A stretch of 62,926 nucleotides of DNA, the filler included, from Sluysia triapertura (Eukaryota), in assembly GCA_046118255.1 (NCBI GenBank). It is 5 parts of 5 records of this genome, joined end to end, with 100 filler letters (N's around TTAATTAATTAA, not from the genome) between each part and the next. Parts side by side here need not be neighbours in the genome. Positions count along the whole stretch, not along the records: positions 13,198 to 25,351 come from JBJNIA010134065.1; positions 25,452 to 39,221 come from JBJNIA010020958.1; 3 more parts are not named here. The stretch is one strand, 5' to 3'. The notes under the pieces are model-generated. The model saw nothing but the letters and a program-made list of their open reading frames with translations. It ran no database searches and was not told the origin of the DNA. The translations under genes and the position numbers were made by a program. Positions 14,468 through 26,059 of this stretch are shown piece by piece. Positions within the stretch are counted from its first letter, which is position 1, and every line of letters begins with the position of its first letter.

Positions 14468-14510
14468 CTAATTAAGTTGTATATATAATGGTAATGAGAA
14501 TTGTGAGAAT

Positions 14511-14817
14511 TGTGATATATAGTGTCAACACTGGTGATGACATTTATAAAAATTAAATTAATATTAATTTAAAATTGATAGCAATAATAACAACAATATT
14601 GTCGTTATTATTGTTAACAATAAAAAGAAAAATTACATAAATCCTCTTTTCAAACTTTTACATGATCTTTTCTTTCTTAGATATAAAAGAAATTGAAATA
14701 AAAATTGGTGACTTTGGATGAAGTAGAACCGATAACAGGATGCGCTATGCTCGAGTTATCGTTGTTATTTCACTGTATAAAATTGAATTCTCTAAAACTG
14801 TTTTAGTGGCCACCACT
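14511..14817 (+). repeat. Module B copy 1 (internally deleted)
   Basis: 14511-14542 matches the reverse complement of 15840-15871 at 28/32. The tttaca(t/a)gatct block is shared with 15612-15662 (rc) and 59391-59445. Ends tggccaccact like 59928-59938. Confidence 0.75.
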
Positions 14818-15659
14818 TACAACCTAAAACTCCTTAAAACATAATATCCAATAACCATAATTTAAATTTCAATAAAACATAAATTCTTAAGCAGTCACAC
14901 TTCTTACTATCGAACTACACCAACTCAATTACCATAAATAACACTCGACATTTATAGCATCTCATCAATTCATATATATCAACAATTCGACGAATACTCT
15001 CAACCATCCACGTCACAACATACTCCAATAATTAATTTCGAATATCCCACAACATTCACCTCAAAGCTATTTCTTCAAATAAACCGCAACCACAATATAT
15101 AATACACAAATTATAAATACAATAACACCATTCAACAACGTTAACAAATACATGAGAAATAGAAAACATTTACATTAAAATCTTTAGCCAACTACACCAA
15201 GCTAAATCTACTTCATTTACACATATTCATCATCAACATTTATTCTTAATAACATTATAAATACGTTAAGATTTATTTTGTAATCGTCGTTTAAAACTAA
15301 AATAACTTCAACCTTTCGTTAAGCATCTGAAAATATCACATTTAAGGCTTAAATCTTATTTTTAATTATAAACTCTTAATAAATCTCAATACGTTTTTCT
15401 AACATTCTTCGTTTCAATTACAATTACAACTCGATTCATTCCTATTTCATTCAAAAATAAACAATTAAGCTTCAAACGATTCATTATCTTAACAAGAAGC
15501 AACAACGATAACTGAGACGTAAAATACCTCGTTATCGTTGTTGCTTCAGAATATTTCATAAGTTTTATTTCTTTTATTTATTATAAATGTAAGGACATTA
15601 AAGAAATATAAAAGAAAAAGATCTTGTAAGTTATTAAAAGAAAGTTTTATACTTTTTCT

Positions 15660-15700
<41 letters not shown>

Positions 15701-15726
15701 CTTAATGTTGTTATTATTGTTATTAG

Positions 15727-15781
<55 letters not shown>

Positions 15782-16030
15782 TATGTTAATAAACAATTAA
15801 AAATAAAAATACTCACCTTCTGATGATAAATCTGGTTACTGCCATCACCAGTGTTGACAGTCTATGTCACATTTTCATTAGGCTGTCAGCGCTGATGATG
15901 GTCAGTGATCAGTTGTTACTCATTTCCATTTTAAACCACTTATGAAGCATCACCCAATCAGAGTATAGCTCACTAGAAATTACTTATGAATACTTACTTC
16001 TTAATACTCTGATTGGGCAGACTAAAATCA
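14818..16030 (-). repeat. Module B copy 2 (AC-skewed tract, hairpin, AAT tracts, CCAAT inverted pair)
   Basis: Same block order as 59010-59938, in opposite orientation. Minus-strand splice donor gaag|GTGAGT at about 15816. Confidence 0.7.
15955..16017. promoter_or_regulatory. Inverted pair of CCAAT boxes, putative bidirectional promoter
   Basis: cccaatcagagtat (15955-15968) and atactctgattggg (16004-16017) are perfect 14-bp inverted repeats, about 250 bp upstream of ORF 16268. Confidence 0.5.
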
Positions 16031-16267
16031 GTAACTCACTTTAATAATTTTTATCAAATATTATCAATTAGGAGATATTAGTAAAAAAAATTGACACAAT
16101 TTGAAAATCAAAAAAGAAAAACGCTATTTTTAAATAATAATCACAAAAATTATTTTATGATCGTGTCGAATTAATTTAATTTGGAAACTATTAAACAATT
16201 TTAAAAAAAATTAACACAAGGAGATATTGAAAATACGTTTTGCCAACCTGGAAAATTAAATAAAGTT

Positions 16268-17864
16268 ATGTTACAAGTTTTAGTCCATCACTATCTTAAT
16301 CGCTATATCATTAATATCGTCAACAGTGAACATCCCAATTCGACTATCACTTGTTCGAATATCATAACTGATTCAAAATTGACGTTATCAAATCTAACAA
16401 CAAATGATACTTTAGTAAATACTCAAAAAAATCAAACTATATTGGTCACATTTCTAGTTAGGGCAAAAATTGAGTCGCAACCTATTGACGTTAGTTTTCT
16501 TAGTACTTACGTTCGAGTAAGATCATTTACGAAGACTAAATTAACAATGCACGAATCCACAGCGTTCTACAATATGTCTCCTCCTAGAGATGCCAAGTCA
16601 AAAGAATCTAATAATTACAAGAAAAAGATGGATACTTTGATCTTTCACTAATAATGATTTCAATGACGATAAAGATAGATTGTCCCAATTTCGATCAATT
16701 TAATGTCGACAAAAAACATATTGGTAATGTCGACAATTTCAAAACAAGAGGTTATACAATATACTCTGTACTTTTACTATATCCTTACAACAAAAATGAT
16801 GTTTATTCGGAATTAAACATTAAATTAGATATACTCCGACCAGACCGAATATATAAATTTGATTTTATAAATATACTTAATATCATGAACTCGACCTATG
16901 AAAGAAAACCCAAATTCCATGAATTAAATGATAAAGTATTTCACTTACATATAAAAAGCATTATGATGGTCATCATTCAAACTGTTAATAACCGGTTCAA
17001 AGTTACATTCTTACCGTCTGTTCATAGAAATATTGATTAATAACTATCCTAGTCTTCACAATAACATCGCTATGAAAAATGACGAAGTAGTTATATATTT
17101 TACCCGCAACATCAAATCTACAAAAGTTATAAACTACTACACACCGAATCTAAAGCTCATCCATTTATGACGACGTCAAAATTCATTACTTGAGAATTCA
17201 ATTATAGAACTTTCTTGTTATAATTACAAAATTTTTATTCATGATACTAAAATTTACGTAAGTTCTAAATTTTTACTTATGATGATTTCTAATTTAGTTC
17301 GACTTATTGTCGGTTGGATCTGTGAAGCACAATGTGGCGGTCTACTAATTCGAAAACCAGGAAAGAAAAGTAAACAAAAAAACAATCTTTTTAAGTTAAA
17401 TAGAATAGTTTTATGTGTTAACAAAAATATATATCATATTTATTAATTGAGTCTTAAAATTATTCATTGTAAATAAATTGAGCAATAAAATTAATTTATG
17501 TTATGCAAAAGCAAATAAATTAGTCACAGAAATTAATTTCAAAGATCAAAAATCACAATTCGCTAGGAAACAGACCGATAGTATAAAGAATAGTTATCTG
17601 TTAAAAAACTCAAAATTGACTTCCTTATTAAGAATTATCGGCATCGAAGACATGCTAAAAGATATCAGTAGATACATAGGCAATTTCTGTCCTCAATCTT
17701 ATCTAAACCTTGCTTCTAGAAATTTAGATTTATATGACAGGTCCATCAAAAATGAACATAAATATAAAAATCTTGTACTTGATAAAAGGTTTATTAACAA
17801 CGCGTTGCCAATAGATTATCCTAATACAACGCCGTTTAAGCCCTCTAATAACATTAATTATTAA
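16268..17864 (+). pseudogene. Run of co-oriented decayed orphan ORFs (16268-16651, 16654-17040, 17478-17864)
   Basis: Consecutive plus-strand ORFs of about 128 aa each with coding-like composition, interrupted by stops or shifts. No recognisable domain. Confidence 0.45.
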
Positions 17865-18413
17865 CGGATGTAAACTAATTTACTCTATGAACTGTAATAA
17901 AATTTAAAAGAAATTTTAAAAGAAATCAATATTTTAATAAATATTTTCAATTAAAGTTAATAAAAAAATTAATTTTAAGTTTTAATCAAGTAACATTACT
18001 AAATTCAACATTACCAAATTTAACATTACCAAAAAATTCTTTACTTTGATTTCTTTTTATGATCACAATATTATGTATTTTATTTTATTTAGAAAGACAT
18101 AAAGTTGATCGAATGGCATATCCAGACAAGAATAAAGAATCAGGCTAAAATTATTAAACAACTTCAAATAAGAAGGAAACTACGATCACAGATACGATAA
18201 AAAGAGATCCATCAATAACTATTTTAATAATTGCTGCTACACTATTTATTATTGTTTTAATTATTAATGATTATGATGTTTATTATGAATAAATGTAAGT
18301 ATACTAATTCCTATTCTAATAATGACGATGATAACCATTATTCTATTTCAAGAATTAATAGATTTTTGCTCCTCCAGGACCACTATTACCATCAATAATG
18401 TCATCATTATTAT

Positions 18414-19352
18414 ATGAGTATAACACGGACTTATGCTTATCAACACACTATAGTGGAATACAAATGTCATCAACGTTACTATGTATTTACTACAGATTCA
18501 TTTAAAATAACCAAAAATAAGTTAAGTAAGAAAATGTTTTATGATGATATACAATTAACTATCCAAGCTAAGACAGACGAAATAGATAAAAAATTACTTA
18601 GTTTATCTATTAAATGGTTAAATAATTGGTGCACATCTACAACACCATACAGAAGATATTGGATTATAACCTATGAAGATTTGTTCAAATCTCAATTAAA
18701 TAGAGTTAAAATAGCAATGGAATTAATAAACCGATTAATACATACTCAATACAATTGGATTCAAGCCAAACCTTATTTATTCTTTTATAGTTTTTGTAAA
18801 CAATGGATGAATTGTTCTATAATAGCATTAATCAATGAAATTAATCTAATTAACATAACCAATCCATCGTTAAATAATTCAATCGTAATAAGATATGGGA
18901 CTAATAGAGAAACAGTTCTTGAATTAATTCCACCTAAACAAACAATTATGTTGAACTATCACCATAAGTTAACCTTTCCAACTATGTACACATGGATACT
19001 TTTTAATAACGAAACAATAAGTATAAACAATTGGTCACTTGCACGACCATATAACTTAGTTATACTCATCGTCAATGAGACTATAAGCAACAAACTAAAT
19101 AAGAATAATGCAATTGAATCAATAGTAACTGAAAGGACAACTAAAATACCAAATAAATTTACTAAAATCAAATTTATTAACCTTAAAATTTCAAAACACA
19201 ATAATGATATTAAAGAAAAATTTGAAATCAACATTCATCTTTGCATATTTACATTCACGCTTTATGCTTTGCTTGCAGTCAAGCTTATGATTGAAGCCAT
19301 AAAAATGCATCTAGGGATACCTTGTACAATGACACCTTTGATTAAAGTGTAA
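18414..19352 (+). CDS. Orphan 312-aa protein with C-terminal hydrophobic (TM-like) segment
   Basis: Longest ORF in the window, unlikely by chance at this AT content. IHLCIFTFTLYALLAVKLMI near the C-terminus. Candidate upstream intron about 18295-18351 (gtaagt..ttcaag). Confidence 0.6.
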   Translation: MSITRTYAYQHTIVEYKCHQRYYVFTTDSFKITKNKLSKKMFYDDIQLTIQAKTDEIDKKLLSLSIKWLNNWCTSTTPYRRYWIITYEDLFKSQLNRVKIAMELINRLIHTQYNWIQAKPYLFFYSFCKQWMNCSIIALINEINLINITNPSLNNSIVIRYGTNRETVLELIPPKQTIMLNYHHKLTFPTMYTWILFNNETISINNWSLARPYNLVILIVNETISNKLNKNNAIESIVTERTTKIPNKFTKIKFINLKISKHNNDIKEKFEINIHLCIFTFTLYALLAVKLMIEAIKMHLGIPCTMTPLIKV

Positions 19353-19567
19353 GACTGAACAATATAAAAGTTACGAGTGATCGATGTTGACGGTTATTTT
19401 CTGTCCAACCAGTCACCTAACTTTACAAAACTACTTTTCGTAGTTATTAGCAATGTACATAATTAGGATCATAAATATAGCATTTTAACTAACCATTTAA
19501 TTAATTTTAAAATATTATTATATTATTATATTTTTTATTTTCTTCTTAAATTTAAGCAATTTATTTC

Positions 19568-19818
19568 ACTCGATGCTCAATTTGTCAACATTTTATACAT
19601 AAGCATTACACAAAAACATACCCTTGTTCGCATAATTCCTTTTTAAATGCATAATCAATCTCTTTCATTTTTCAATTACAGAATATATGAACTACCCATT
19701 GTGCAGAACTTCTGTAGAAGAAATCCATGTTTTTTATAAGGGTAAATTTAAACATTCATATATTTTGGAGAAAATTCCACTCATTGAAATTCAAGAGGTA
19801 GAAATGACACAACCATAA
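19568..19818 (+). pseudogene. Decayed C3HC4 RING-finger (E3 ligase-like) coding segment
   Basis: TRCSICQHFIHKHYTKTYPCSHN, then a 1-nt shift near 19640, then FKCIINLFHFSITEYMNYPLCRTSVEEIHVFY. This is C-x2-C...PC-x-H...C...(C>Y)PLCR spacing. Not in the ORF track. Confidence 0.75.
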
Positions 19819-20519
19819 TACATTAAGCAGAATAATAATAAACATTCGATAAGTACACTCTCCTTAGTTGCCAAAATCCAAGAAGCATAATAGACGTCGC
19901 CGATAAATAAGACGTCTTTATAAAAAAGTAAGTTTATATAATAAGAATAAGATAGTAAATCCTTTTCTTAAGAAAAATTGTCTAATTTTTTTACTCCAAA
20001 AATACGTAAAGTGTTAAATAATTAAAAACAATATATAAATTATGTAAAATAAACTAACGATTAACTTATCTAATGTAAACCTTTTCCTTTTCTTATAAAA
20101 TTTATTATTTTGTTCATATAAAATGACACAATCACAAGCAAAAATAATAAATAACCATTTGAATAAATAATAAATAATGAATTGACCGTTTCTCTGTGGT
20201 CAGAATGACACACCTATTACCTTCTTCAATTCTAAAACTACATCCAACATTTTAAAGTGAGATCGATGAGCCTTTCATCACTCACCTTTTTCTTGTAAAT
20301 AACCTAGATTCATCGTTAGTGCTAAATACTTTTCAAGGGTGCCCCGCGGATAATAGGCCTATTTTAATAGCAGCAGCTAGGGGAATCTTAGAGTTACTAT
20401 GTGTGTGGATTTTATCCCACTACAAATTTTGGCATTACAATTTAAAAAGACATGTGAAATTAAAATATCTACTTTTTAAGTTTTTATTAAATTGTCTAAT
20501 AATGATGAAGTGGTAAAGC

Positions 20520-21270
20520 TTCAAGTATGAATAAAAAGGTGTTCAGATGTATGTAATACAATTAAAAAGTACATCTTAGAAGAATTTAAATTATTATCAG
20601 AATCAGTGAATTGTTTAAATTATAAGACGACAGTGTCAGAAACCAATTATTCTATATTTTAGTTATTTAGTCTCTTAATGGACCATGCTATGTGTAAAAG
20701 TTAAAACCAATATTTTAGTACGTAATCGCTTTTGAACCATATATGTACACTTCATTCTAAAATTTCAGTTTTATCAAATCCAACAACTTTAGTTTCTCTT
20801 TCCTTCTTGTAGCTTCTTCTAAAAGATGACAAAATAATATTTATTCATCGACTCTATCTTCATAAATGTACCTGACATACCAACAAATGAGTGACTTTTG
20901 TAATATCAGTTGGTTCGTCTAATTGGATTGTAAATTTATAGTCTAATTTAATTCTAGTGAGATGTTGATACAATTGATAATTTTCAATATTAGAAAATTA
21001 TTTCATCACTGTATTTAATTTTAGCAATCAGATATGAAACTTCTGTAGGCTTGAATAAATATTTTTCGTTAACAGTCAAAATATTTATCTTTATTTGAAG
21101 ATTTGACATTTGTCTGAATATTCTTTTTGTTCATTGACGTTCGAAGAATATAACGATGCAAGATGCTTTTTTAATTTGATACTTTATTTTCTTGTTAAAA
21201 GTAAAACCGTATTGGAGAAATGTTTCATTATATTTTCTTTTGTAAGGCTTAAAATCTGCTAACTGATTAC
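20520..21270 (-). mobile_element. Decayed hAT (Buster/Charlie, ZBED5/SCAND3-like) transposase
   Basis: Minus-strand fragments KRKYNETFLQYGFTF, TVNEKYLFKPTEVSYLIAK, KFTIQLDEPTDI, YVRYIYEDRVDE*ILFCHLLEE and THSMVH*E occur in the canonical order of Buster transposases. Confidence 0.85.
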
Positions 21271-23144
21271 TTTATTCAACTTATTCTGTCTTATTCAACT
21301 TTAACTATTTATCCAGTTACAAAATATTGTTACCCAAAAATATAAATAAAATGACGCCCATCATACTAATAATTAAATAAATACTAACCTTAGTCGAGTA
21401 AAACAATAGAATAAAATATTTTATTTTTCTTGTAGTGTACACATTTGTTGTAATGAAACAGAAATAAGTGACTACACTTCAAAAGGGTTATCACTACACT
21501 AGTCTCGGTATTCATGTACGGCATATCACGATGTATATTTGCAGAATATTTTGATTCTGAAACAACTTAAGGACTAAAATTGCACAACTTTAGTGATATG
21601 TTCAATATGTAAATATAAGTTCGTGCATTTAAATTAAAATTTTGCGAAATTCACTTTATAAAACTCTGTTTATTTAAAGAATTGATCTTAGAAGTTAATA
21701 AAAGTTGACAATTCAAACACTATGCACAATTGGATCACAATGCAAACATTTTTTAATGACAAAAATCAACGAAAACTTCTAATACAAATAAATCCCAATT
21801 TAACTATTAAAATTATTTGCAATATTAAAGTGAAATAATATTAACTTTATTCAACATTTTAATTTTAATTACTTAACAAATTAATAAAATAACGATATTA
21901 TTTGATCAAAATTAGTCGATGCAAAAGGATTACTAAAAACAGTTTTTGTAGTATGTGTGCTAAATAAAACTTTGTAAAATATTAATCACATTATTACAAA
22001 TTAGTTAACATAAGACGAACACAATATTTTAATAACATTTTCTATAACGTCAAGTTTTTCTGGTTGTGAAAGACAACTCAACCAGAAAAAGATCTAAAGA
22101 TCTAGGAAGATATAAACCAAAAGGAAAATTAAAGCATTGAAAGCGCATATTTGAAGTAGTAATGTTATGCAAGATATCTACTGATACATTTTGAAAATTT
22201 GTCAGTATGTTTAATCTGCTTAATTATGTGAATTTTAAGGCATACTAAATGACTATATTACTATAAGTTACTACACTGAATGTATTATATTATTATTACA
22301 CTGAATATAACATTGTATCGATGATTAAGATAAAACTCTTAAGATCAGAATTCTCAATGAAGATTATTTGAAACCTAAAAATTTATTCTTAAACCTCTTT
22401 TTAGATTCTAATTTTCTTTTAACCGTAAAACTAAGAACTAGCCTAGGACTATGATCCTAAGTGACATTGTTTTCGTTACAAATGATTAATTTTTTAAAAT
22501 TTCTTTTTAAATTTTAAATATATTGCACATGAGCTGAGGCTCCTTTCCACCTCAATACCCGATAACCAAGATGACAAGGAATTTTGTTCATTTCCTATAA
22601 TTACTCCTGCAAAAGATTCAACTGATTTTGACATTTTTATCACTAATTTGCATATTGTTTGTAACATTTAATTAGGGGCCACGTTTTAAATTTGAAATTT
22701 TTAGAAAATCTCCCCAAACATAATGAGAATAAAAGTAAATAGACAAAATTCACATTAACACTATAACAAAATTTGAATATGTTAATTTTACTGAAGGAAA
22801 AAAATAGTATGCTCAAAAGTTTATATATATCTGAGCATCTTCTTGATCTTTATCGACACTTCAACATTATCGAAACAGTAATTTAACAAGAGCAGATTCT
22901 TTTCGGTTTGTGATGTAATTTCATATTTTATATGTAATTTCATACATCTAATATCATCCAATATTGAATAATGACGTTATGTGATACTCGATCGACAAAT
23001 ATATTCGACTTCAATTCTTTCAATCGATCATAATTAAACTGATAATATAATTTTAACTGAGAAGTCTTTGTTGCATCCTTTATATTATTCTTTATAAAAA
23101 TACTTAAATCAGTGGTCTTCACACTTTACCAGTCCAGTTTTTTT

Positions 23145-23190
23145 CTCGGCCCATTGGTGGGTCGCGCTCTCATTTTGAAGAACACCTCCT
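23145..23190 (+). mobile_element. Probable hAT/Charlie-type terminal sequence
   Basis: GC-rich island ggtgggtcgcgctctcattttgaagaacacc resembles the GGGTCGCGACCC...TTGA(G/A)AA.CACTG ends of Charlie-type elements. Confidence 0.4.
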
Positions 23191-24949
23191 TAAATGATAA
23201 GCTGCTTATTCTTTTCCAGCGTACACAATACTAAAACTTAACAAACAATTTGAAGGTAAAGAATGAATTTCGATTCTGGGATCAGTTCTTTAATATTTTA
23301 AATTCTCGTTCGTCGAAGTGCATAATCAATACTAATTTTAACGAAATATTATCCAACAGATCATGTTTAATTTAATTTTAAAGTGCAGTGATTATATTTA
23401 ATGTTATAAAAATTGTATTTAATGGTTAAGGAACAATAATTTTCATTGTAAAACTCAATAAATTCTTAATTGTATTAATCTATAAATTCAAATTATGATA
23501 TTTTTAGAAAATTAAAATTTATATTTATGTGACTTAAAGGCTGACTAAAATTTTATTACACAAAATTTTGGGTTTCTATATCAATAAGTACAAAACATAA
23601 AAAGCGCTTATTGGTAACAATCTTACAATTTATTATTTCAATAAATTCAAAAAACATTGCATAAACATCATTTAAATGAAGTTTTAAAATAAATTGGTCC
23701 TTTACATTTATTTAAAATTTCCCATAGTTCATTCAAAATTCCATGATCCTCATTAAGTATAATGAAAGAAGAAATTTCATAACTTGTAAATTATTGCGAA
23801 TTAATTTAAAATACTCCATAGTTTTTATAAGCACTCTTTGCAAGATTACAATAAACATTGAATGTGACATTCATTTTATAAGTTTTATAAAATTTTATAA
23901 TATTTACATAAAACAGATGCAATATATCTTCCGAAGGATTCGATTCCATTAATTTGTCACAATATAATTTCTTTAATCCTTTAGAAATTTCTGTTTAAAT
24001 TAGTCATTTTATAATAGAATTTGTACAATGATAGTTCTATTTGATTTGAGTAACTCATATCTAAATAATGAGCATTTAATTGTGATATTGTTACAATATC
24101 ATTTGAATTTAATAATTCAGAAGCTTTTTAAAATTTTTCAAAATTTAAACTTGTAATGTCCTTAATGTAGTCACTAATAAAATTTGTTAATAATAATAAT
24201 AATATAATAATAATAATATTCGCCAAAACTTAAAAGAAAAACTTAATATTAAAAAATATAAATTTCTTTTAAATATAATTAAAGAAACCTGTTTCTATTA
24301 AGACTTAGTCGTAATATTTGTTTTCTGAAATTGTTTATTTATGTTTAATTTCTGATAAACAAAATAATAATAACTTCATAAAAACAAAAGTAAAATAATA
24401 ATTATTGATACAAATTTTAAATCCTTATATTAAAATGGAAAATTAATTATTAAATATTTTTAATTATAATTTAATTTAATATTTAATATGAAATAATTTA
24501 ATATTATATAATTAATGTTAGTGTAGAGTGTAAAAACGTGAAAGTGTAAAGGATGAGTTAGAACGTTTTGAAACCCACATTTAAGTAGCACATTTTCCAT
24601 AAAAAGTTACTTTATGTGAAAAAAGATTTACAAATATAAACTTTTTAAAACAATAATTCTAATTCAATAAAGTTAAATTGTAATTGCTTTGTCAATTTTC
24701 TCAGAAATATAAGTACAATACGTGATACGAATAAAGTTTGAATTGGCAATTATTGTAATCAATTCAAACTTCATTGGTTTACAATTTAAGTCATCGTAAT
24801 ATATCTGAGGATTGGATATGTTACAATCAATGATGATATGTTGCCTGTTATAATGATGATTATTTTTAAAATATTGATAATTTATTTTACAGAGTTAGAA
24901 TGGTTGCCATTAAACTCAAGATAATATTGTATTATAAACTAAAATGCTG

Positions 24950-25210
24950 AGAAAATAAAAATGACTCAAAGTAACCTAAATTGAAAGTTCGATAAAAAGA
25001 AAACAGAAAAAATATTTCATTTCTTGCACCAAAAACTTTAGAATCAACTATCTATAGAAATAAGAAAGGTATGTGAGAAAAGTGAAGCGATAGAATAAAA
25101 ACTTAGCTTAAGGTGAGTGCACCAACGTACTGCACTTACCAGTTAGGGCCAGCCGTTGGATTTTTTATGAAATCAATATTTGAAGCAAATGGAGGTTATA
25201 TAAACTTTAT
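24950..25210 (+). repeat. Dispersed repeat family E; second copy at about 45420-45740 (-)
   Basis: Core gtgagt(g/c)caccaacgtact...ccagttagggc...(g/c)ttgga and flanks tcaaagt(a/t)acctaa and tggaggt are shared between copies. Confidence 0.8.
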
Positions 25211-26059
25211 AGTAATTGCCTAGCTATAAATTCTTAATAATTTTATTTTTTGCACAAAAAACTTAGTTAATATATTGATGAGGTTCTTAAATTGAACCTT
25301 AAAATTACAATGATTTTAATGAGGTTCTGAAACTGAACCTTTGAGAAAGATNNNNNNNNNNNNNNNNNNNNNNNNNNNNNNNNNNNNNNNNNNNNTTAAT
25401 TAATTAANNNNNNNNNNNNNNNNNNNNNNNNNNNNNNNNNNNNNNNNNNNNAATATTAATATTGTAATTATTGTTATTATTATAATTATAATTATTATTA
25501 TTATTATATTAAATCCAGAGTTTTTGATCGTCATTAAATAATTCGTTCATTAAATAATTACATTAAATTTTGAACCACGTTGTATATTTTAAACTTAACT
25601 TGCAGTTATTTTATTAATTAATAGAACAAGAATGAATAATAAATTAATAACTAGAATGCAATTAAAACAGGACGCCATAATTTCAATTAATTTGCATAGA
25701 TTACTTGTGATGATTTTTCTTTTTGACTAATTAACTTTCAAAATTAATTATGCCTGATTATTATTATTATTATTATACTTACACTAAAATCTTTTTTGAA
25801 TATAATTAATTTAATTTTAAAATAGAAATTTATGATAAAAATGTCCTTTCCAAATTATTAAACTTTTATTGTTTTCTATTAATATAGGTTTTAAATTTTT
25901 TAATTAATGTCATCTCAATTTTAGGTAATAAAATTTAATTTGAATTTTATAAAATGTTAGTTTTTTTTTGTTTAATTTGTATAATTTTAAGTATTTAAGT
26001 AATTAAGTATAAAAAGTTGAATATGATGTCCAATTAGAATTTATTAAACGATTTATTAT

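Noticed and set aside
18959-19234. Hydrophobic minus-strand ORF
   Set aside because: Antisense shadow of the A-rich ORF 18414-19352.
22790-23122. Possible piggyBac transposase C-terminus (YWMILDV)
   Set aside because: Too degenerate to support by eye.
25138-25175. GTTAGGGCCA resembles the pistol ribozyme P1 loop; HDV-like fold also tried
   Set aside because: No downstream CCCTAA partner, and no room for the P3/L3 of an HDV fold.
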